A stretch of DNA of 63,751 bases, the filler included, from Dugesia japonica (taxonomy: Eukaryota): assembly GCA_001938525.1 (NCBI GenBank). It is 6 parts of 6 records of this genome, joined end to end, with 100 filler letters (N's around TTAATTAATTAA, not from the genome) between each part and the next. Parts side by side here need not be neighbours in the genome. Positions count along the whole stretch, not along the records: positions 45,856 to 54,692 come from MQRL01635192.1; positions 54,793 to 63,751 come from MQRL01595971.1; 4 more parts are not named here. One strand, given 5' to 3'. Made by a program: the position numbers and the translations under genes. This document shows positions 53,561-63,751 of the stretch, one piece after another (position 1 is the first letter of the stretch; the number at the start of each line of letters is the position of its first letter). Below the pieces are notes generated by a model. It had not been told where the DNA came from. It saw nothing but the letters and a program-made list of their open reading frames with translations, and ran no database searches.

Positions 53561-55440
53561 TTAAAACAGACTACAAAGGTTTCAATTAAAAATATGTATA
53601 CTTGAGAATGATGAAAAATTATTTTAATATGCGTACAATTAATATTTCTGTTTGATTTCAGAAATCAAATCAAAACATAGAAGAAAACTCAAAAAGAAGA
53701 CCATAAAGCAGAATCAAGAAATTTGAAGANNNNNNNNNNNNNNNNNNNNNNNNNNNNNNNNNNNNNNNNNNNNNNNNNNNNNNNNNNNNNNNNNNNNNAG
53801 AATAACAAATAAATACCTAAAGAATTGTATTGGAAAAGTGCACAAAAAAGGATGTATCAAATCAACTAATAAACAGAAATTGAATTAGGAAATAAACGCT
53901 CAAAGGAATAAACCATCCAGTGAATCAATTTTCTACTTTAAAAGTAACGCTGGAAAACACAACTAGCACAAATACTGAAAAGCATGAAAACTTGTGCCAA
54001 AAAGCGAAACAAAATGTCAGAAAGTTAACAAATTTAGAGACGCAAATGTTTGAAATTCCTAAAAATTCAGGAAAGCCACTTCATGATTAGAATACCTGAT
54101 AAAGTTAAAAGGATGACAGTGAGATACGAAAATAGCTTATGAAAATTGCTTATAACACCTATGAAGTCACCAGTAAACACACAATATTATCAAGAGAGAT
54201 GCAAAAGCGCGGAAAATCCACACGATTTATTATAAAAGAAGATTTCAACGAGGAATTCGGGGAAACTCAAAGATTAGTCAAAGCAAAGAAAGTTTAAACA
54301 GTCAGCAGGCGATAACTTAGAAAGAGGAATGTAACAAAACAGATAAAGTGATTCAAGGACGTAAGCTGAAAATTACGAGGAAAGTATGACAAAAATACGT
54401 AAAAGTCACCCAATAACTTGAAACTATCTCACAATGAGAAAGAACTCTGAGGAGTAAATAGCGTAAAAAAGAANNNNNNNAAAAAGAAATTCAAGAAAGG
54501 GTAATTAAACCACAAATGGTAGTCAAAACATTCGTAATGGTCAAAAGATAAATGCTCTATTGGATCAAACGACAAACATCCAGAATGGAAATCGAAGAAG
54601 ATTTCATTAAAGGTAACAAATTACTTTCTCAATTTATTACAAGCTGCTTCCAAGTAATGAACTCAAATTATAACTGAAGAAAGCTGTTGCGANNNNNNNN
54701 NNNNNNNNNNNNNNNNNNNNNNNNNNNNNNNNNNNNTTAATTAATTAANNNNNNNNNNNNNNNNNNNNNNNNNNNNNNNNNNNNNNNNNNNNTATTACTT
54801 GATATCAAAAATTTAATTTTATGTTTCTTAGATGCGATAAGTCTTTTTTTCTTTTAAATTAATACGCTGTTTTTAAAACTTACATTCCAAAGATTTTCTG
54901 GACAAAAATATAGATGTAAATTTAGTAAAAAGATTTTGAGTACCATGTTGCAATCAAGTTTTTCGAACTAGTGAATACACTCCTGGCCTTCATCTTTGTA
55001 ACTTGCGCATTTGCTATTTACGATAAAATTTCTAACAATGTATTTGAACTACAGACGAGTATCTAGATGACTATCATTCAGTAGTCTGTCAAAATGATTA
55101 ACTAAAAAAAGTTGCCAACTTTGAGGCCCCAAGCCTTTTGACTTGTTCTCGTTATATGATTGGGTCACCAAACAACATTGATTTATGTTTAGATGAATGA
55201 CTTAGCCAATCTGCGAATTTATTAGCACAGATTGCGCACGCAAAAGTTGGTTTCCATGATTTATTTACATCATCCACTTTTGAATTGAAATACATGTCAT
55301 ACACCTTCATTATAAAGTATAAAACAAATAAATTAAGCTGTATATTCTTTTGAATAATCTTTTTTATGAACTGAAAAAATATGCTAATATAGAAGGTTTC
55401 AAATCTTTAAAATATTATATTAGAGTATTACCATCTAAAA

Positions 55441-55457
55441 AAGGTTGAGAACCACTG
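55441..55457 (+). repeat. Buster/Charlie-type hAT terminal inverted repeat
   Basis: AAGGTTGAGAACCACTG, the typical Charlie/MER5-like terminus. Confidence 0.55.
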
Positions 55458-57356
55458 AATTATACATTGATATTGAAATCTAATTAATCATCCTACAAAC
55501 ACTTTCAATGATTTGCGAAGATACTACATAAAATTTTAAAATTATTGTTATATAATATTTTATATATGATATTGTGTAATATTTTGACGAAATATGATCT
55601 TTATCTGTCTTCAATAGAACCACTTTGAGCTCAAGTATAAAAATAATTTTCGGAAATTGATTCCTCTCTTCGTCTTCAATTGTGATTCAGTTTGGATTAG
55701 AGACATTATATATTTGCTGCACATTTGTTGTTTCTTGTTAACTTTCTTGAGATATTCTAATTTTATTTTTGACTTGTCTTTTATTGAGGCATCTATACAT
55801 CCATTTGTTATTTGTCGTCTTTTAAAGCTTTTCATGAACTCATAGTTGGTGTTGTAGATCTTATAAAGAAAATGCTTAATTTAATTCCATCTCACAAAAT
55901 TGTGAAATTGATTCTGATTGGCATTTAGTCGATATTTAAGTATGAACAATCAATACTACAAGGATACACATAAATGTTAAAGATCCAAACAGAGTTATCA
56001 GCAGAAGACTATGTATATACGACAAATAAAATAAACTAATAATATATAATAACATGAGCAAAGTAAAACTTTAAATAAAATTAAATAATAATAATCGGGG
56101 GAAGCCAAAATAAAACACGAAATAATAAATACAATTCATAGGGGAAAAAGAGGTAATTTGTAAATGAATTTTAAAATCAGTAAAGTTATAATATTCGTAA
56201 TGAATGCAGCAATTACCTAATTTGTATTTAAGTTGTTTTATGAATAGAAAATTATAGAAATATGTATTATCGGTGAAGTTGTAAAAATGTATACAATAAA
56301 CATTTGTTGTCATCATAGAATCTGCCATTTGTTTTAACATTTACAATTGTATCTATAAGACCAATATTATTATTAATTTCATTTACATCACAGACATTTC
56401 TATGAGTTTTATTTGTAGAAAACAACATTAATATTAACCTTTCTTTCCAAGCACGTTTTTTAAAATTTATTAGAATTTCAATTCCCTGAAAAACCAGAAT
56501 TTGTGTAAACCTCATCATTGCAAGTTTGTGTCTTGTCAACAAAGGCTTTAACATTAATTTCTTTGTGGCACCATTATCTTGATTTTGCTTCACGAAAGTA
56601 CATATATTTGATTTTTTTCGATTTTTATTGTAGTTATTTTTGTATAGTCACTGCATTCAACCATCTTGAACTTCCGCTCTTATCCTTTGTAACCTTTAGT
56701 AGTCTCAACTCATTCAGCGCTTTTCTTTTATCAACAGGCGCCCCTGTATATAATCCACTTCAGATTTTCTAAAAGTCTTATTATTTGCTTGAGTAACTGA
56801 TAAATCTCAAAACTTATCATTATGATGTTATTCATTTTTTAAATTTAGAAGAAATCCTAGCAATCTCTGGAATATCATGATTAGATTTAAATTTGAAGAA
56901 TGATTTCATTATGTAATGAAGTGTGCGAGATAATCCTTGACATTGAAGTTATATAGCAATTTTTATATTTTTTAATAATTTAATTATAAAAAAATAAATA
57001 GTTATTATTTTATATTTGGAGAAATAATTTCAAAATTTTAAAATGGACGAGTGTTTATCTTTTTCACATTTAGATTTTTAGAAATCTTTATAATAAAAAA
57101 AACTAAATAATGAACTAATTGTTATTGATTGATCTCAAATATTCATTTTCATGTATTGAAAAAATCACAATCTGAATAAAAACTAAAAATTGATAAATTA
57201 TCAAAAAATATTAAAAAAATTAAAAAACCTTTATTTATTTATTATTTGAAAAATACATATTTTATAAAGTTAAGACCTTCTTTTAAAAATATGAAAGTTA
57301 AATAAATTTTCATTTTATTATATATAATATTAGAATAGTATTTATATATAGATTAT

Positions 57357-60300
57357 TAGAAACAGGCCAAACGTGCTCATTCAGAAAAGAGTCCGTCATC
57401 ATATAAAATACTTATTTCACAAAAAGATAATAAATTCTGGCTATTAATAATTATCTCTTTCTCTTTGATTTCTTGATCTTCTGCCAAGCACTCTAACTAT
57501 TCAAATAACTTCTTTATTTATTCAAATTAATTTCTAATTAATTTCTAAAATTAAAATTTAAAATATTCATTTACTCATCCTGACACCCCCCTCCTTCCAG
57601 AATGTTTTAGGTTTTTCAATGTTCCGCGACAATCTTTTTCCATCTTTCCTTTCTACTACATACGGGCCATCATACCGATCTTGGTTTTTTCTCAAAATTC
57701 TACTTCTATGAGTACTTCCTCACCTATTTGAAAATATATTTTTCTCTGTCTTTTTTTTATNATCAGCCATATCTGTTACCTGATTTTTGTTCGTCTTTTC
57801 TTTTGACCACCACTTTTCCCTGTACAACTGTCTCCAAAATACTAACTCTGCTGGACTAAATTATTTAATTTTTTGTATAGTCGCATTAAGCGTAAACTCT
57901 ACTTCCGGCAAGATGTCTGCCAAATCCGAAGTTCCCAATCTCGCATTGATGCGTTCAACAGATCCCCAATCGTCCGAAATTGGCGTTCGATTATACCGTT
58001 TGTCCTATGATGATATGAACTCGACAATTGCCACGATATCTTTACTTTATCTGCAAACTCTTGCATCTCTTTTCCTTCAAAGACCCTCCAGCAATCAGAA
58101 TGTATGACTCATGGATATCCAAATTTCAGAGTCCAATGCTTCCAAATACAATCTCGAATAGTACCTTTCTTCTGTCTAGTTTAACTCAATAAAATTATAA
58201 ACTTTGTACATTGGTCGATCATGCCAAGAATTTATTTCTTCCTATTCTTCGTATCTTTTAATGGGCCACAAATATCTATAAACATCACTTCAAACGAAGC
58301 GTAACTGTCTGTTTTTTTTACTTATTTCGCGTCTTGTACTTGTCGAAACTTTGACTTTTTAACAGCAAATACAGCTTTTTATAATATATCTAATTCTTAA
58401 TCTTAACTGTCTCCCATCGTATTTTGAGCAGATATATTTATTCAATTTCTCTATTCCTGCATGACATAATGATTTATGAATCTGCACAATCCACTGCTTC
58501 GTTGTCTCCTCTGATAGCCAAATTTTCTCCAACATTCTATTTCCGCTTATGTCAATATCCAAATCGTTTATTCCCTCAGCGTCTCCAAGTCTCCTCGTCT
58601 AGAATGTTCCCATCTTTGCATCCTCATGTATCAATTGGCACTGTACTCATTTATAACAATTCAATTTACTTAATGCATCTGTATTGCTGCGATTTTCACC
58701 TTTTACTGAAGTTCAATTTCATGTCCAAACTACTTAGAAAACTAATCCAGATTTAAAACATTGCTATGATTGGTTTTTTCGTATGCAACATGAACGTGAT
58801 TGCTTTTTGATCTGTTCTTAAATAAATTGTCGACCATATAAATAATTTTAAAGTTTAAACAAAAGTAATATACTGCCAGAAGTTCCTTGCAAGTTAAGCA
58901 GTATCCTTGTTTATGGGTAGACATTGCGTGAGACCCGTACGCTATCACTCTTTCGTTTCCGTCTTNATCCCTCTGCGACAGCACCGCACCAATCGTTCTA
59001 AAGCTAGCATGAGTGTCTAGAATAAAATCCTCATTCAGACTCTGATATCCTAAAATTGGTGTAGAAATTAACGCTTTTTTCATTTCTTTAAACACATCTG
59101 ATAACTCTAAAGACCAAACTATAACCTTAACTATTTAATAGCTACTCCAAATCTCTAGCTTTATTTGCATAACCACGAATAAATTTACTATAATAATTAA
59201 AGATGCCTAGGAAGCTACGCAATTTCTTCGCACATGATGGTTCCCCAAAAGCTTGAATAGCTTCTATTTTTATCAGAGCTGCGCGAATTCCTTCTGAACT
59301 GATAATGTGTACTGAGAATAAATTTTCTTTCTGAAGGAAAATGCACTTTTCTGGGTTAATACGTAGACCTGTTTCACTAATGCTGTCCAACACTCTTTAT
59401 ACAATTCCATAATGTTCCTCTCGTGTCCTAGAGAAAATTAATATATCATTTTGTCACCTTTACCATCAGGTCTTAAAACGTACCTGGTGCTGCTGCTATG
59501 TCAAACGGACTTCTGTTGAAACAGTACTGGCCATGTTTAGTTGAGAATGCTGTTTTTTCCTGCGATTCGCTATCTAACTCTACTTGGTAATAAGCATTAC
59601 CAAGATCTATCGTGCTGAAGTAAATCATCTCATTCAACATATATAGCATCTCTTCGATATTTGGCATTGGAAACGCTTGTCTCTCTTTTCTTCCTTTTTA
59701 TTGCACCACAATCTAACTGTACCTAATGTATCTTATAAACTGTCGTTTTCACACCAACGTTTTGTCCCGCAACATTCTAATGCCACTTTTTTCAACTTCG
59801 TCCAGCATTGTCCACTATTTACGTTTACTTTTGTTCTCAAATCTATCAAACAGTCCAACTACTGATCTCCCATCCTATCTTTACGCTCTACCCTAAAATA
59901 CATCATACTCACTTACTGCCTCTGTTTGTCACTTTGTCTCCAACATTTTTTCATCTATCTTATCTACTTCTACTAACTCCTTTTTCATAAAATTAAATAC
60001 CTTCTCTCCAAATGCATTCACATCTTCCCACTTATCCACTCCCTGAGGATATACCATTGAACTTCCAGTTAATATACGGCTTCAACTAGCTCCTCTTCTG
60101 TCGGAACCTCTTCATTTGAGAATCTTTTTATCTCCTTTTCTCCATCCTTTTCATAACTTAATTCTTGCTCGTAGTCATCCTGAATCACATGTAATGGTGC
60201 ATATCTATTATTTTTAAATTCATTATTTCTCTTGTTGTCATAATAAGTTTGATTTATTCCGTCATTATAGTTCAACATATTTGATCTAACCTCGTTCTTT

Positions 60301-61140
60301 GTCTGACTCCTGGTAGTTTCTTGACATTCTCTCCAGATGTGTCCCTTTAATCTACATCCCAAGCATCGTCTCATCTGATTTTCTCTACAGTCTCGACTAA
60401 TATGACCTCTTTCTTTACATGTCCCGAATCTCACTTGCTTTCTCATGGGACATTCTCTGGAAATTTGGCCTTCTTTATCACATTCCCAACATTTAAATAT
60501 TTTATTAGACTTTACCCAACTATCTTGTGGTTTTCTATCCACGTTTCGAGCTGTATGCTTAAATTTTACCGTTTTTTTGGACTACTTCGCAATACATTAA
60601 GTTGTTCTCTTTTATTCTTCAGTTTATCTAACGATCGCAAAGTTTATTTATTGACATTAACTTCATTTATTTTCCTTAAGAGTACTTCTTCTACTGTACA
60701 TCTATCCCCTGCCCAGTGAATCAACATCTTTGCCACCATGTTTTCCTGTGAAAAATTTTGATTTGAAATTAAGTTATTTATCAGTTCTTCTACTTTGGTA
60801 ATATATGTATCATGCTTCTTTCCTTTCCAAATGCTATGAGATGTCGATCCTGGAATCCTTCTGTCTTTTTAAATGTTTCAACATACTTCCTAACTAGTTC
60901 CTCTTCTATTAGACACGTTAACAAACGCTCTAGATCTCTTTATTTTTAATTCCTTTGACACTGAAATATTTTTTGCACTTGTATATAAATTTTTCTATGT
61001 TATCGTGTCTTCTGTAGATATCAGGCATAAGACGATCTGTAATACTATCAGTATTAACCACTGCCACCATACTAGAAACAGAGCATACGTGCTCATTCAG
61101 AAAAGAGTCTGTCATCATATAAAATATTTATTTCACAAAA
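57357..61140 (-). mobile_element. Near full-length degenerate Ty3/gypsy element with partial LTR pair
   Basis: Direct repeat ACGTGCTCATTCAGAAAAGAGTCYGTCATCATATAAAATAYTTATTTCACAAAA at ~57371 and ~61087. PPT GGAGGGGGG before TG at 57585. PBS-like TGGTGGCAG at ~61061-61069. gag with three CCHC-like knuckles (60069-60542), plus RT, RNase H and integrase fragments. Confidence 0.88.
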
Positions 61141-61266
61141 ACTTAATAAATTCATGACTTGACCTCACAATAGAAATGATTTTTAAGTTTTAAAAAAATA
61201 TAAAATATAGATTTAGAATAACAATATATTAATAATGCTTATAATAATATTAATAATAATAATATA

Positions 61267-61314
<48 letters not shown>

Positions 61315-62611
61315 NNNNNNNNNNNNNNNNNNNNNNNNNNNNNNNNNNNNNNNNNNNNNNNNNNNNNNNNNAAGAAGAAGAAGAAGAAGAAGAAGAAGAA
61401 GAAGAAGAATTCTAATAATAAGAGCGTGTGGGTTCCATTTAGAACTAAAAACAATTTATTATGCAAATTAAAACTTGCAATTTATAGTAAATTTTATATT
61501 ATAAATTAATCAACAGTAATATTACAGTTTATAGAATACATGTAACAAGAAAAGTTTTCCCTATCAGGTTATTTACAAAATCTAGAAAATATCAACAACA
61601 TTGTATGTGTGCACTAAATATATAATTCACGGAGTATTGAAAAATATAATTTATAGCGCTTCTATTAAATTGTCTTCACAATTCAACTTTTTTTCATGTA
61701 AATTTACAACTAGTAAGATTTAATAATTTACTAAAGTCAGACACACTTAGCATGTCAGGTTCAACTGAATTATTATCCCATCAATTACAAGAAAAACCTA
61801 GAATTTCATCTATAGTTTCAAATATTTTAAGAAATATTTATGAATAAACACATAGAAACAAATCTCAGAACAATTCATGCATTCATATTTAAAATACACC
61901 AGAGATTTAATGTTTTTATCAAAAATTCAGAGAGCACATATAGATTTGTCAGAACAATTGGAACAGCATTCTCATGAATTTTAGAACGCCATACAACTTT
62001 AACACAAAAAAACAACATTAAATTCACAATGAAAATAATACAATACAACATTTTGCGTTGAGTTTAAAATTATGTATTTAAATATAAATAATATTTTTAA
62101 ATAATTCTTTGAGGTTGCTTATTTAGATAACAAAAGATAAAATAACAGTTGGAGATTATATTTGTTTTATTTTAAATAAGTTGAAAATTGGTTTTAATTA
62201 ATTTTAATAAATAAAATTTGTTAATGTTGGATATCAAAAAAAAATAAATGAAATAAATTTAAAACTGATAAAAATAAAAATATATTTTTAATTATATTAA
62301 TGAATAAATTCAAAAAATATAACATGCTTCAATAACATCCAATAAAAAATTAGTTATTTATTTATGCCATTCTAAGACGTCTACATTTGTCATTTAAAGG
62401 TAATGTTTATGACAGTAAATATATTTGAAAAAACACCTAAAAATGATGAAATATTTTTTAAAAATATTTTCTAAAACAGAATTATACATTTAATTTAAAA
62501 GCATTGCATATTTTTAAATTATACTAAAAAGAGAAATATTTTTGTCTAAAACTATATTAAAATGGAAATTATAAATATGTTGCACTAATATACGCGTATG
62601 TGTGCCTGCAT

Positions 62612-62680
<69 letters not shown>

Positions 62681-62830
62681 NNNNNNNNNNNNNNNNNNNN
62701 NNNNNNNNNNNNNNNNNNNNNNNNNNNNNNNNNNNNNNNNNNNNNNNNNNNNNNNNNNNNNNNNNNNNNNNNNNNNNNNNNNNNNNNNNNNNNNNNNNNN
62801 NNNNNNNNNNNNNNNNNNNNNNNNNNNNNN

Positions 62831-62899
<69 letters not shown>

Positions 62900-62900
<1 letters not shown>

Positions 62901-63400
62901 AGCAGAAAATTTACTGTCGAAAAATGTAAGCAACGTTGGTAATTTAGATATGTTCATCAGACAATGTGAACTATATTTTGAAACAAGGGAAATTAAATCA
63001 CAGAGCGAACAAGAAAAGTTAGTAACCTGTTTGATATATATTGAATTGATAGAGAAATATCTGAGCACAGTGTGTAAAGTAATAGATTTTTAAGCGCGTT
63101 TGCGGTTCGTATTTCAAAAAGAAACGAGAATTATTGGATGAAATGAAGATACTTTTGATGTTTAGATGGGGTAATGTGGAATAACACACATTTGTTAAAA
63201 AGCAGAGACCCTAATTGACAATGTTTTTGGTTGTAAAGATTTTAAGAGAAAAAGAGTATTAGCAAAAATATTAGTAAATGCATCGAAGAGTGNAAAACTA
63301 CAAGATAAAGTAATACTCAGGAATCGATTCTCAGTATCACAGACACTAGTATTGCTAGATAAAATTGAGGAAAGGAGAAAAAATATTTTTATAATTATTA
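62900..63400 (+). pseudogene. Gypsy gag N-terminal remnant
   Basis: NLDMFIRQCELYFETREIK resembles DNIEKFIYKCKKYFSVKGIK of the gag start at 60930-61118. Confidence 0.5.
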
Positions 63401-63751
63401 GGTATATAAACGGAGATTGTGTATCCAGATTTTATTGGTGGCATAAACTTTCAACATATTTTTGGGTTTTATCTGAAGAGAAAAAGCAAAATAGGTAGAA
63501 AGATTAGTAGAAGAGAATTGATAGAAAATATTAAAGCAAGATTGGGTCTGAAAGCTGTAGAAGTAGATAGATGGGAAGTTAATGATAAGCAATTTGTAAG
63601 AGAAGAGTAAATGTGTTTATGGGATCGAAACGGGATGTGAGATGAACTCATTTGGCAAAACATAGAATTGTGACAGTGGAGAACGAATTTAAGTTAAGTC
63701 ATATAGAATTCCATTACACTTAGTAAGTCATGCTGAGAAGAATCTGGTGGA

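Noticed and set aside
62514-63093. Poly-I/L/Y/N ORFs (also 50115-50366, 61239-61466, 43174-43620)
   Set aside because: Artefacts of (AAT)n microsatellites and N runs

Overview
This is very AT-rich eukaryotic DNA, probably invertebrate and planarian-like, from a draft assembly. Six scaffold segments are joined by artificial N44-TTAATTAATTAA-N44 linkers. Most of the window is decayed transposons: Tc1/mariner, pogo, hAT/Charlie, Chapaev-like, a Helitron with an intact 3' end, several Ty3/gypsy, Penelope and a NeSL/Utopia-like non-LTR RT. The exception is segment 11435-22206, a gene-dense, all-minus-strand Polinton/Maverick (adintovirus-like) segment. It encodes a protein-primed family B DNA polymerase, a pX-like core protein, a penton, an adenain protease, a fibre-like protein and a membrane protein. 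The main finding is a 200-aa mini-intein (19030-19629; Ser1...TEDH...Lys-Asn/Thr+1) that splits the polymerase catalytic motif YSD|TD. It resembles the giant-virus/archaeal Pol-c inteins and has lost the homing endonuclease. This is unexpected in a protein-primed polymerase in an animal assembly. A second, much more decayed Polinton remnant (packaging ATPase plus integrase) lies at about 29600-30750. Family assignments are by motif recognition from memory; no database searches were run.
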